The translations under genes and the position numbers were made by a program. From Malacoraja senta (Eukaryota): DNA of 64,000 nt. Each line of letters starts with the position of its first letter. Positions within the stretch are counted from its first letter, which is position 1. Under the pieces are notes generated by a model. The model did no database searches. It saw nothing but the letters and a program-made list of their open reading frames with translations, and was not told the origin of the DNA. Positions 24,522 through 37,754 of the stretch are shown piece after piece. The stretch lies in NCBI GenBank assembly GCA_038087875.1, contig CM075994.1:2668001-2732000 (forward strand), given 5' to 3'.

Positions 24522-27500
24522 AGCTAGATATATGGAAATGGGTCAGACATGCTTATTGCTAAAGTGTCTATTTCTGTTCTTATTCAAACAACTTTGGCGA
24601 CATGTACAAGGCCCTTGCTTTTAACTTCAAGTCAAAAATGCCCCTGTCATTCTAACTGGTTTATGGACCAGTTTTTGCCCTCAATTGGTTGTAAGGTGTA
24701 GTATGTATGGAATGTACGTAGGTTTTTGTTATCAATGCATTGATTTTCTTGGTGGCAGTCAAAACTTGATTACTTCTAATGTCCAAGCTGCCAATTTATT
24801 TTCTTTCGTGTTAAGGGTCATTTTTTAATCTTAGACATTCCAATCAAAGAATCTTGCACTCTCTTTTACAAATTCTGTTTTCAAGCATCAAGGCAATTTG
24901 TTCTTTGGTTTAATCACTTTTAAATTATCCAACTGCTTTAATGTGATTTTTGTAGCCACAATGTGAATGAAATTACAAAGGCGGTGCACTGATGCAAATG
25001 AAATGGAACTAGGCAACCTATCAATTTCATTCTCTTAGTTCACATGGAGCCAGAAATAGTATCTACAGGAACATTGAGCTATTTGACTAATTTTAAGGAA
25101 AGGAGCATGATATCATTCCACTTCTACTGATGAAGTGATTGAGATGTATCTGGTTGACCATTTCAGGTCAAATTCCATGTATCCTTGTTAATATCTTAAG
25201 AGTTACTTTCTTCATGTTCCTTTACTGTACTTTTAGTGCAACATTGAGATGTTGCAGATGGAACTTGTCTGTATAGAGTTTGTATGTTTTTCCTGTGACT
25301 GCATGGTCGGTTTCTTCCCACATCATAAGGTTGTGCAAATTGGTTGGTTAATTGGTGCCGTAAATTTCTCCACAGTGTAGGTGAGCATTAGAATTTGGGG
25401 GAAGTTGATAAGGAAGTGGAGAAGACAACAGGTTCAATGGTACTTTATTTGTCACAAGTGCAACTGCACAGTGATTTTTTTGTGTGTATATTTACAGATG
25501 CAGGCACCATCCTGTTTTGGCGCCATTTCCAAAGTATGGTCTGCCCGCACGCTCAGTCTATTGGAGCAGTTTACCAGTTTATCTATCGGTCTACTGGATT
25601 AGAGTCTTACTAAAGTTATACAGCATAGAAACAAGCCCTCTGGCCCAATTTGTGCATGTCTACCAAGATGTCTGAGCTAGATCAGTTTGTGTTTGGCCCA
25701 TATCCTTCTATACCTAGTGTAAATGGGTGTTCAGTGGTGGGTACAGACTCGTTGGGCCGAAGGGCCTGTTTCCATGCTGTATGATTCTGACTTCTCTAAA
25801 ATCAAAATGAGGAAATGCTTGATTGTCTATTGTTATTTATTTTGTTTTGGGACTTGGATGTTGCTAGCAAGACGTATATTCCCAGTTGCCTTTGAGAAGA
25901 TGGTGATGCGTACTTTTTTTGAACTGCAGTATTCCTTCTTTCGTTTAGGTTTAATTTTTATATACCTAGGTACATTGAAAGCTTTGTTTTGCATGCTATC
26001 CAGTCTGATCAGATAACACTACATAAATACAATCAGGCTAAACTAGAGTGCAATAGGTAAAGCAAAGGGGCTAGATTTGAAGGTGGAAATGAGATTTAAT
26101 GAGAGCATGTTAGTAGATCCTCTTTTGGGGTGAACACAGAAAGAGCCGACTTTGGGAGGGTTCCAGGTTAAAAATCAGCGAAACAGGGAAAGATTATTTA
26201 TTTCCAAGTCACACTGGTGGAATCTACAGTTCCTTGTTATTTCTCAATGGTGTCCAACTGGAGGTAAGCATGCAGGCGATGGTGATCCCAGGCACCTACA
26301 CACTGACATGGAGTAATTGCTGATTTGGCAGGTGCTGTGAGCATAGCCCTAGAATATATTTTGCAGATCGATAACAATACAATGGTGGAGGGAGTAAAAG
26401 TTTAATGTGGTGATGCAATGCCAATCAAATGGGTTGCTATATCCTGATGGTTTAGTTTAGTTTATTATTGTCACGTGTACCGAGGTACAATAAAAGCTTT
26501 TGTATGTGTGCTATCCAGTCAAAGTCTATACATGATTACAATCAAGCCGTCCACAACGATGAGCTTCTTGAGTGTTGTGTGAGCTGCATTCATTCAGGCA
26601 AGTGAAAAGTATCCCTTCATATACCAGATGTGTGCTTTGTAGTTGCTAGAAAGGCTTTTGAGTGTTGTGAACTGCTCATATAGCTTGTTAATTGAGTTTC
26701 TGATCAATATTGGCTCCCAAGATGTAATGGCGAAGAACTTGGTAATTGCAATTGTTTTGATGGGTGGTCGGAGTCTCCAGTTGGAGGTGGTCATTGTATG
26801 GAGCCTTTATTGTATGAATGCTTCTTGCACTTATCAGCCCATGCCGAAAAGTTATCTAGGTCTTGCTGTATGGGTACTTCATTTGCTGAGGGTGAGCGGA
26901 CATCCCCTTTTGAAGAAAGGAAGATCATTAGAGTGGTAAGAGTTATATAACATGGATACAGGCCATTTGGCCCAACTTGTCCATGTTGATCAAGTTCCCA
27001 AACTGGGCTAGTCCCATTTGCCTGCTTTTGGTCCATAATCATCTAAATATTCCTATCCATGTAACTGTCCAAATATCTGTTAAACATTGTAATTGTACCC
27101 ATCTCTACCACTTCCTCCGGTAACATGTTCTACGTACTCGCCCCCCTCTAAAAAAGTTGCCCCCAAGATACCCTTGTTTGTTCTTGCAATCTCTGCCACA
27201 GATAGATATATTTATTTTGAGACAGTATAATAACATTTACCTAATAGTGATTGTACGATCAAATTCAATGTTGGGTTGGTAAGGAGGAAGCATGCAGTTA
27301 CAACGGCTTATGTTTAAAACAATGGTAGAGAATGAACGATATGGCTGTCATCTGTTATTGAGTATACATGTTGAGATATGTCTTTTTGGCATGTACCTTT
27401 ATCAATAATGAAATCTGGATTTTATGGGCAATAACGACCCATTCCTAATTAAGAGAATGTGATGGTGAGGCCCCAACTTGCACCGCCTTAATCCTGCTGC

Positions 27501-28684
27501 CGAAGGTGCTTTCACAATGCTGTTGAGGGGGAGTTTGGATCCAGTGACAATGAAGGACCAGGGATTTACTTCTGAGTCATATTGGTCTGCGCTTGAGAAG
27601 CTGGTGTTGCCATGCACCCACTGCCTAAAGTAGGGGTTGTGCATTTGTGGTACGGTCATGGTAGCCATGACAACTAACTACAATGCACATAACGTGGTGG
27701 TGAAGTGAACGTTTTGACTTGTGGATGTGATGCCAATGAAGAGAAATTATTTGCTCTGAATGGTGGCAATAAAATGGCACGGCAAGGAAACAGGCCCTTT
27801 GGCCCAACTCATGCTGACCAAGGTGCCCCATGCTTGAAAATCCCATTCACCAGTGTTTGTTTTATATCCCTCTCAACCTTTCCTATCTTCTGAAACATTG
27901 TTTGAGCTGCATTCATTGGGCAAATGGGGAACCTTCTGACTTGTGGCATGTAGATGGTGGAAGGGTACTGGGTTTCAAGAGGTGAGACACTTGCTTCAGG
28001 TTAACCCATCTTTTTACCAGCTTTTGTGGCCAGCAAATTGATGTGGATGGCTGAAGTGTCCCGACCATAATCATCAACTGTCTACATTTCCTCCAGTAAT
28101 TGTTTTTTTTTTTAGCCAAGATTCCAGCATCTGCAGTTCCTTGTGTCCTGTAAAGTTTCTGACTGATGATGACATTGACATCCACATATCCTCACAAGGA
28201 GAAAAACTATTTATCTTTTTTAAAAAAACTAAAATTTTGTATTATTTGATGTGGAAGATGATAAAACTGAAGGGGAAAACATCTTGGATTAACAGATTAT
28301 GGCATAAAGGTAAGATGGATTTATTAAGATAAGGGATAGAAAATATTGGAATAAATTACTGAAAGGCAACCGAATATTAGTTGTGATTGGTGTGACAAGC
28401 TGAAATTAGAGGTCTGAATAATGGGGGGTAGAATACTAAACATGGGAGATGATAACTTGCATATATATAGCCTGCACAAATTGAATTTGCTGGAATAAGA
28501 TGGAAGGTGAATTCATGGAATTCTTATGTTACTTCTCTACATTAAAGAAACATGCTATTTTGGGTCTTGTTTTGACCATTTTCTTGTCAAAGAGCCTTTG
28601 GAAAAAGAGATCAGAAATGGATTATGAATTTAAAAGTAATACAGTTCAATGCAGAACTAGGGTAAGTCAGGTAAACAGTAGGTG

Positions 28685-28885
28685 AAGAAACAAAGAACTG
28701 CAGATGCTGGTTTATACCAAAGATAAACACAAAGTGCTGCAGTAACTCAGCGGGTTAGGCAGCATCTCTGGAGAAAAAGGATGGGTGATGTTTTGGGTCT
28801 CGGTCTGAAGATGGGTTCCGACCTGAAATATCACCCATCCATGCTGCCTGACCCGCTGAGTTACTCCAGCACTTTGTGTCTATCT
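28685..28885. mobile_element. Fold-back PLE-derived mini-element
   Basis: Same architecture as 23619-23830; aacagtag repeated at 28674-28681 and 28886-28893. Confidence 0.75.
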
Positions 28886-29879
28886 AACAGTAGAAGTGAT
28901 CAGGGCTGACAAGAAAAATTAAAGATGGTGCTAAATCCAAAATGGGGGGGGGGGGTCTTATAAAGTCAGAAATACTAGTAGGCCTTGTGATTGGGAGCAT
29001 CACAGAACTCGGCAAAGAAACACCAAGAAATCGATAAAGAAAGGCAAGCATTTAGAAAGATAGAGAACATAGTTGCAGAGTGAGTAAAAGAGGGATGAGT
29101 AGGACAAAGGAATATCTCCAACATGGTGATGACAGGGTTATTATCATGATAAACGGAGAAAGTTCTCTGGTTCAGAAGTTAATTAAGGCAGTTAGAGAGA
29201 AAGGAAACACAAAGGAATATAAAACTGAGAACTGTGGAAAATGCCAGCAGGCGATGTTAGAGAAAACTGAGGCAACATAAGAATGAGAAACCAGCTTGAT
29301 TTGGCAATAGTTCTGCCGAAGATCGCAAGAAATTGCAGAGAGTTGTGGATGTAGCCCAGTCCATCACACAGACTAGCCTCCCTCCTCCCTCATTGACTCC
29401 ATCTACACTTCACACCACAGCCATTCTTCCCTGTCGCTGGGCAGAAGTTACAAAAACTTGAAAAGCAAGTACCACCAGATTCAGGAACAGATTTTTCCCC
29501 ACCATTATCCGACTACTGAACAGTCCTCTTATTAGCTAAGGGTATAGTTCCGATCTATCTCATTGTGGCCCGTATTTTTTATTGGCATTTTCTTTATAAT
29601 TGTAACGCTATAATGCTGTAACACTATATTCCACACTGTATGTTTCTCAATGTATTAACTGTGTATGGCACAGCATGATTTGACTGGCTAGCACACAAAC
29701 AAGGTTTTACGACCGCCGTTCACAATGACCTGAAGCCATTCACTCTCGGAAGTTTGTTCCCTACCTCAACAACATTGCCAGGGCTGACAGGTGCAGGGAT
29801 CCCCGGCTGTGGTGTGTGTCAGTGCCAGGATCCATAGGTGCTATTCAGTGCACAGATCCCCAGATGATGTGGTGGGTGT

Positions 29880-30520
29880 TAGTGATAGAGGCGTAAGAGT
29901 TCCAAATTGAATGGTGCCCAAACAACAATCTTGCTCTCAAAGTTGTCAAAAATCTGCTTCTTTCAGAAGTGGACAGTCCGATATCAATTAACCTGTCTTC
30001 ATCAGCGGGTGATGTGGGAGAGTAAGCAGCTTCAAGTTCCTGGGCATGCCTATCTCTGAAGATCTGTCCTGGCCCCATTAAATTGATGCAAATACAAAGA
30101 AAACTCATCAAGACATCCACTTCCTCAGAAGATTGAGGAGATTCAGCACATCACTGAATACTCTATTGATCTACGACAGGTTTGGTAGAGAACATATTGA
30201 CTAGTTGTATCACAGAATGGTTCAGTGACTCCAACACCCAGGAATGGACCCAGAGATTACAGAAAATGGTGGGCATTGCCTGGTCCATTACAGGTATTAA
30301 TCTCCCCTTCATCAAAAGGATCTATAGGAAGAGCTGCTTCAAGAAGGCGGCTAGTACCATCAAAGACCCACACCACCCTGGCTGAGCTCTCATCTTGTTG
30401 CTACCATTGGGAAGAAGGTACAGGAGCCTGAGATTTGTGACCACTAAGTTCAAGGACAGCTTCTTCCCATCAACTATCAGACTCTTGATCTACTCTGCAC
30501 AGTCTTAACCACTATCTTAC
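29880..30520 (+). mobile_element. Rex1/Babar-type LINE 3' fragment
   Basis: FLRRLRRF...ENILTSCITEWF...IKDPHHPG...GRRYRSL...FKDSFFP motifs; related fragments at ~29340-29700 and ~52700-53110. Confidence 0.7.
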
Positions 30521-31108
30521 CTCAGCAGTGACCGACTATGGAATCTATTTTGGTGCCGATGAGCAAGGTGTGGGCACATCTCCCACGCCCTCGAAAGTGC
30601 GTTTGAGATTCTAAAGTCAGCTATGTGTGGCACGGACGGGAAACGGTGCCTGCGGGAGGCGAGTGGATGGGGTCGAGGTGTCGGCATAGTGGGCCGCTGG
30701 AGTCCATGCAGCAGCCAAGAGATTGCGTGGATCGGCGCCACTGGAGGCCCCACAGAGGTTGAATAAGCGCACTCTTCTACTTATGCATCACTGTCTTACA
30801 TATAGTACTGGATTGTATGCAAAACAAAGGATTTCATTGTAGCTATGTGAAGGTCTTTTATTGTGATATGTCCTGAAATGGAACAATGAAATTCTTACTT
30901 ACAGCAACATAACAGATATGTAAACATAATAGAAAGTAGATAGTGTAATAAACAACGAATTGAAGTTCAATAAATTAAAAAGACAACACAATATAAACAC
31001 AAAAAAGTACTTGAACTTCAGGTTGCCTAGTATTACCGATAATTTATTTCATATTTATTTGTTGGTCTGTTGCTTTTAATGTTCCTATAACCCTACAGTA
31101 AGTATATT

Positions 31109-32240
31109 AATGTACATTAATGATCTGGACGAGGGGATTGAATGCTTTGTGGCCAAGTTTGCGGATGATACGAAAATAGGTGGAAGGGCAGGTAGTGTAG
31201 AGAAAACAGGGACTCTGCAGAAGGACTTGGACAGGTTGGCAGAGTGGGCAGAGAAGTGACAGATGGAATATAGTGTAGCAAAGTGTGGCGTCATGCATTT
31301 TGGTAATAGGCATAAAGGAGTAGACTATTTTCTAAATGGGGAGAGAATCCAGAAATCGGAGGTGTGAAGGGACTTGGGAATGCTGGTGCAGGATTCCCCA
31401 AAAGTTAATCTGCAAGCCGAATTGGTAGTAAAGAAAGCAAACTCAATGCTATCATTTATTTCAATAGGGCTTGTCTACAAAAACAGGGATGTAGTGTTGA
31501 GGCTCAATAAGGCGCTTGTAAGGCTGCATTTGGAATATTGTGAGCAATTTTGGGCACCATATCTGAGGAAAGATGTGCTGTCTCTGGAGAGGGTCATAGA
31601 TACATAGATACATAGAAAATAGGTGCAGGAGTAGGCCATTCAGCCCTTTGAGCCTGCACCGCCATTCAATATGATCATGGCTGATCATCCAACTCAGTAT
31701 CCCGTACCTGCCTTCTCTCCATACCCCCTGATCCCTTTAGCCACAAGGGCCAGAGGAGGTTTACAAGAATGATCCCAGGAGTGAGTAGGTTAACCTATAA
31801 AGAGCGTTTATCCGCACTGGGCCTGTACTCACTGGAGTTTAGAAGAATGAGGGGGGACCTCATTGAAACATACAGAATAGTGAAAGGCTTGGATTGAGTG
31901 GATGTGGAGGCGATGTTTCCATGAGTGGGAGAGTCTAGGACTAAAGGTCATAGCCTCAGAATTAAAGGACGTTCTTTTAGGATGATGAGGAGAAATATAT
32001 TTAGTCAGAGGGTGGTGAATCTATGGAATTCTTTGCCACAGAAGGCAGTGGAGGCAAAGTCAGTGGACATTTTTAAGGCAGAGATGGATAGATTCTCGTT
32101 TAGTGCAGATATTAGAGGTTATGTGGAGAAGGCAGGAGAATGGGGCTAGGAGGGAGAGATAGATCAGCCATGATTGAAAGGCGGAGTAAATTTGATGGGC
32201 CGAATGGCCTCATTCTATTTCTATCACTTATGACCTAAGA
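31109..32240 (+). mobile_element. CR1 LINE 3' region with a nested inverted CR1 tail (~31596-31750)
   Basis: YINDLDEGIECFVAKFADDTKIG, LVRLHLEYCEQFWAP and FSQRVVNLWNSLP motifs; CR1 tail. Confidence 0.9.
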
Positions 32241-32546
32241 AAGAATTTAAAGGAACAGTGCTCCCGATGCATACGGGAATTAAACAATCTCGACCCTTGC
32301 AGCCGCAGAAAGGCTGTGTGAACGGACAGATGGGGGTGGGGTGAGCGCCGCTGGGGGTGGGGTCAGTATAGCGGTGGGCGGTGTCCGCACCGCTGGGGCG
32401 TGGTCAGCGCAGCTGGGGGCGGAGTCAGCACCGTTAGGGGCGGGGGCGGTGTCCGGGCCCGGGGGTTGGATCGGGGGCGGGGACGTGTGTCGAGCCGCCC
32501 AAAGATCCTATAGCGGAGCCGCCCTCTCCCACTCTGCCTCCGCACC

Positions 32547-32598
32547 ATGAACCAGCTGGACGCTGTAGTGATCGTTACTGCCGTGCGCAGCCCCATCG
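32547..32598 (+). CDS. ACAT2: ACAT2 (cytosolic acetyl-CoA acetyltransferase) exon 1
   Basis: gcaccATG Kozak context; MNQLDAVVIVTAVRSPIG|gtaag. Confidence 0.92.
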
Positions 32599-32802
32599 GT
32601 AAGAAAGCCGAGGGATCGGCAGCGATTACGGGCCCGCGGTCGCCCAGTCCCGCGGACAAACCGCCGGCTCGAGCCGAGGCGCCCGGGCCCAGCGCAACCT
32701 CAGCCAATCACAGCCTGCGGCACATCTCGAATGATCTCACGACCCGGCGTGACGGACGGTGATTGGCTGTGTTCCCCAGGCTCCCGGGTGAGGAGGGGTG
32801 TG

Positions 32803-33050
32803 TGCACCCAACGCTGTCCCGCAGCACCCGGGCTCTGCTGCCTGGAGCGGCCGCGGTACCTGCACTCACGGCAGCATCTGCACCCAACGCTGTCCCGCAG
32901 CACCCGGGCTCTGCTGCCTGGAGCTGCCGTGGTACCTGCGCTCACGGCAGCATCTGCACCCAACGCTGTCCCGCCGCACCCGGGCTCTGCTGCCTGGAGC
33001 GGCCGCAGTGCCTGCACCCAACGCGGTCTCGCCGCACCCGGGCTCTGCAG
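32803..33050 (+). repeat. GC-rich tandem repeat, ~76-bp unit (about 3.3 copies)
   Basis: gcacccaacgc recurs at 32804, 32880, 32956 and 33014. Confidence 0.85.
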
Positions 33051-33170
33051 TTGCTTGTGCCCTCGTTTTACTGCTGGAGGAACTCACTGGGTCACTCCGG
33101 CGACATCCATGGAGGAAAATGGACAGAAAGTGGGTGACCACGGTGGCGCAGCGGTAGAGTTGTTGCCTTA

Positions 33171-36100
33171 TGGGCCTGTCCCACAGGCGATGTTTCAGGC
33201 GACTGTCAGAGTGGAACACACACATATCGCTTCCTTCACCAGCCCTTTTATGCAGGCGGGGGATAGGGCAAGCGGGGGAGCGCTGTATGAATGAAATTCA
33301 CAAGGTGCAAAGCCAATGTGATACAGACCACACACCGTGATGAACAGGAAGGTGGGCGCTATAATTAAAACTCCTGCCACACTGTGCGAGCTGACCCACG
33401 AGGTACCCCGAGTTTAAAACAAATTTAACTCGTGATAATCGCGTACAATTAACGTAGCGGAAACGTCGGAACTCGTGGACGCAACTTAGCGACTCGTGGC
33501 GCTAACGGCAGGTACCCGTGAAACTTGATAACTCGTGAAAAAATTCAAACATGTTTAAAGTTTTCCACGAGTAAAATGTACTCTTGAAGTTAAAATTTGA
33601 AACATTTAAACACGTTGTAAGAACGTAATGGCCCGTGTGTTTACCTTAGTGACTCGTGGGTCTACATCTGTCATGATTTCATTTGGACTCTTCTCTGCCT
33701 TACAGGATTATTCCAAACATTTGTCACTCTTTGGGTAAAGTAATTATTTTTATGGGTTTATGTTCTAAATATACTTTCCATTTGTTTCCACTTACAGCCC
33801 CCAGGTTAATAAATTATCTGACAATATTTAAGATTGTTTAAGTAATCTGCCTGTTGTAACTAAACACTGAAATTAGGTCGACCTGCAATGGTAATGTGCG
33901 GCATGGTGTGAATTTCCTCAAATAATAAGTCAATGGTAGGATGGAATAGATAAGTGCCTGGTGTAATCCCTGTCAGGGCACAGGTTGCTTTACATCACTC
34001 AAACAGAAGACTGTCGTTCACTAACCTATGTCGACATTATTATAAACTCTCTACATGTTTCTCGTCTGTTTTTACTACCATATTAAAATGGTGACAGTGA
34101 ACATTTGTGTCAAGTCCATTTTATGTTGATGTTTGAATTAAATATACAGACTTATATACTACTGAAGTGTATGTAGCAAACATTATTAACTCTTTGCAGT
34201 CCACTTAAGGCACGTTTTCTTTAAAAATGAAATGTGGAGTGATTTTCTTTTGGATTGGGGGTGAGATGAATTGGAAATTAAGCAGTAAACCTGATATGGG
34301 TCTTTAAACCGTGTATATAGAAGAACTAATTCCATGTGCGTGAGACCGGGGGGGGGTTAATTCATAATTATTGTGACCAGCAGAACGGAGGAGCAAACCT
34401 CCAAAGACGTACAGGTTTGTGGGTTCATTGACCTGTAAATAGCCACTAGTGTGTGGGATGCGAAAGTGGGATAAACGAGAAATTGGGTACGGGTGATCGA
34501 TGGTTGGCGTGGACTCGGTGGGCCAAAGGTCCTGTTCCCATGCTGTAAATTCTAAACAATTACATAATGTGGGAGCAAATCCCTGCGGTAGAGAGCGATC
34601 GAGTGGAGTGTTTCAGTTAAAGGGAGGACTCGCAAATAGAGGAAGAATGTAGGGAGAAAAAATACTCTGAGAGACGAGGGGGTGGCCAATGTCCTTGTGA
34701 ATCCGATACATCGCCAACTTTGTGTCCTGTCTGTAGACCTGTGATTCTGTCACAATCTCCATGCACGTCAAGAATGGCACCCGCTCTGAAAGATTTACAT
34801 GGTTTGGTTATGGGGGGTCATAGAGTATTACAGCACGGAAAAAGCCCCCTCGGTCCAACTTGTTCATGCCAAGCTAGGTCTTTCCTGGAGGGATTGGGTT
34901 GCAAGAAGAAGGTGGATAGGTTTGAGGTTTTTTTTCTTTGCAGTGCAGGAGGCTGAGGGATGACCTCGTCTCACATTTGGCCTCTATCCCTCTAAACCTC
35001 TCATTCCCAACAGGTTTCTGCAGACTCTACAGTACAGCAAGGCTTGTGTTCCATTCAATATTTCCGCCACCATCTCCCACTACCCTGGTGCTGTTGTCTT
35101 GAAACACAAAAGTGCTGAACTAACATCTGTGGAGAACATGTTTCGGATCGCCACCCTGCATTTGGCTGCTGGGTTAATTTTGATTTTAGACTGCAAAGGA
35201 TCACTTGTTGTTTTCCAAATGACGTGCAATCTGTATTTATTGCGTCTTTGGAATATCCAAAGTCTCCGCTTTTCAATTTCAGAACATTTATTCGTCAGGC
35301 ATTAAACAAGGGTATGAAGAAGGGTCTCGACCCGAAGCATCACATGTTCCTTTTCTCCAGAGATGCTGTCTGATCCGCCGAGTTACTCCAGTTTCTTGTT
35401 TCTATCTTCGGTTTAAACCAGTATCTGCAGTTCCTTCCTACACATAAAAAATAACGCGGCGGCGGGAGAAGAACCCACTATTTTGGAAATCCCAGGAAAG
35501 TGTACAGTAATCTTTGCTCCTCAGCCGAACTGGTTGAAGGAAGATTGCCGAAAACATATTACTCAGATAAACACGGGAGGTTGACAACATATTAAAATGT
35601 ATCTCCGGTTAAACCCGTTTTTCTTACCGGGAAGCCACTGAAATGCAACCTGTCAACATTGTTCTCCCAGCTCTTCAAGTAAACCAGGAGGAACTGTATG
35701 TATGAATCCGTGCAGCCTTTTAAAACAGCCTCCGGACAGGGAGTGAAAAAAAAACACCTCTTCTTATGAATAAAAAACCTCAATCACTTTGAAATGTGTT
35801 GGAAGGAACAGCAGATGCTGGTTTAAACCGAAGACGGACACATAAAACTGGAGCTGCTAACAATGAATGGCCTGTTCCCTTTATCATCGTTACTTTTGTG
35901 CATACCTTTCATTCTACATCTCTTGATTTCCTTTCCCCAACTCAAAGCCGCAGGATGGAGATGTCTTCTTTAACACTGTTGCTTATTAAAACAGACCTTC
36001 ATTCAACCTTCATGAGCGGTTGGCTCAAGAGTAACTCGGGAGAGGAACTTAGTAACTCGGGAGACGGACTTGGAACATCGCAGAAATGACAAGTAAACGC

Positions 36101-36716
36101 AAACTTCGTCAAACCCGTGGGAACTCGGTTAAACTCTTGATCATACACTTGGAATCTCATACACAACCACGAGTCTTTCGCTCGGGGTACCTCGTGGGTC
36201 AGCTCGCACAGTGTGACAGGGCCATAAGATGGTGAAAGAACAATGTACGGGAAGGGTCACTTAAGTCCTTTAAAAGAGGGGGGAAAGGAGGAAGAAGGAG
36301 TGGAGACAACTGTTAAGAAACCAGAGATACACAGCTGTGAAGCTCGGTGGACATTAACATTACCGGTCGGTTATCCTTCGTTCTGAAAACTACTGCTTAC
36401 GTTTTTTTCCCTAATGAGCCATTGAAATTCACCGGTCAGCACCGGCTACAACCTACGACAACCTTCGACCTCCTGGCAACCCATTACCACTGCACCTACA
36501 GCACGAGAATGCTCGCTACTCTCCATGGCGGATTCATTCTGGTCGCCGCTAATTTTTCAACATGTTGAAAAATTTGCGCCGACCAGAATGAGGCCGCGAC
36601 TAGTTCCCAGAATGCGGGAACTCCTCACGACCATGAAGGTGAACATGTGGCAACCCTGTGGCAATCGCATAGTCTCCTGCAGTCGCCTAAAAAGTCGCCT
36701 AAGTGGGACAGGCCCA
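33171..36716. mobile_element. Non-autonomous PIF/Harbinger-like DNA transposon inserted into a tRNA-derived SINE
   Basis: TIR tgggcctgtcccac...gtgggacaggccca; TTA target duplication; SINE head at 33139-33170 resumes at 36720-36945. Confidence 0.75.
33369..36224. mobile_element. Second Harbinger-like element nested in the first
   Basis: Inverted ends cacactgtgcgagctgacccacgaggtaccccgag / ctcggggtacctcgtgggtcagctcgcacagtgtg; TAA on both sides. Confidence 0.7.
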
Positions 36717-37754
36717 TTACAGCCCTTGCAGTGCCAGAGACCAGGGTTCGACCCCGACTACATTTGTACGGAGTTTGTACGTTCTCCCCGTGACCGCGTG
36801 GGTTTTCCCCAAGATCTTCGGTTTCCTCCCACAGATTAATTGGCTTGGTGTATGTGTAGGATAGTGCGAATGTGTGGGGATCGCTGGTCGGTGCGGACTT
36901 GGTGGGCCGAAGGGCCTGTTTCCGCGCTGTATCTCTAACCTAAACCAAAATGTTTTGGGTTGGGTCCTTCCTCTTCCTCCATCTAATTTGTCCAGTCCTG
37001 TCAGAATTTCTTGGCAAAGTACTGAATCCCTCCCCTAATTCTTATAAATATCAGACCAATTAACACGACCATTCGGGCCGATGATGTTTTGGATCGGGGC
37101 CTTCTGCAGTCTGATGGAATGGGGGGTGAAATTGGGAAACAAGATGAAGGGTTGAGGCAAAGCCTAGCAAGGAAAAGGTGGATACCGGTGAGGGGGGACA
37201 GTTCAAAACCAGTCTGCTTCATCTCTCCTCAGGTGAAAAACCTGCCTTCCCACTTGCCACATCTCTAGAGTTAGGCTGTAACAACTGGAGAAACAAGAAA
37301 CTGATGTGTCTATCAAGGAACTGCAGATGTTGTTTACAAAAAAAGACACAAATTGCCAGAGTAACTTCGCAGGGCAGGCAGCATTTGTGGAGAACTTGGA
37401 TAGGACCCGTGAATAAGGGTCCCGACCCAAAACATCACTTATCCATGTTCTCCAGAGATGCTACCTAACCCTCTGTGTTACTTCAGCACTTTGCGTCTTT
37501 TTCTGTGATATATGGAGATGACTAGTCCAAACGGGGCATTGGTGGCCAGTTACTAGTCAACAAGTTCTGCTGGATGGCATAGCTGTTGACCAGTGCCATC
37601 ACATTGCTGATGATTTGGGAGTGGACTGGTTGGGCAGTTGAATTGGATTGGTCTTTGTTTTTGTGAACAATGCATACATGGGTAATTTTCCACATTGTCA
37701 GTTAGATACCAGTGTTGTAACTAATTGGAGAAAACAACAAACATCCATATCATA

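Larger units (their letters stand above)
32300..33060 (+). promoter_or_regulatory. ACAT2: ACAT2 CpG-island promoter and first intron: GC boxes, SRE-like motif, paired CCAAT boxes
   Basis: High GC/CpG; several GGGCGG; GTGGGGTGAG at 32336-32345; CAGCCAATCAC at 32701-32711 and GTGATTGGCTG at 32759-32769. Confidence 0.7.
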
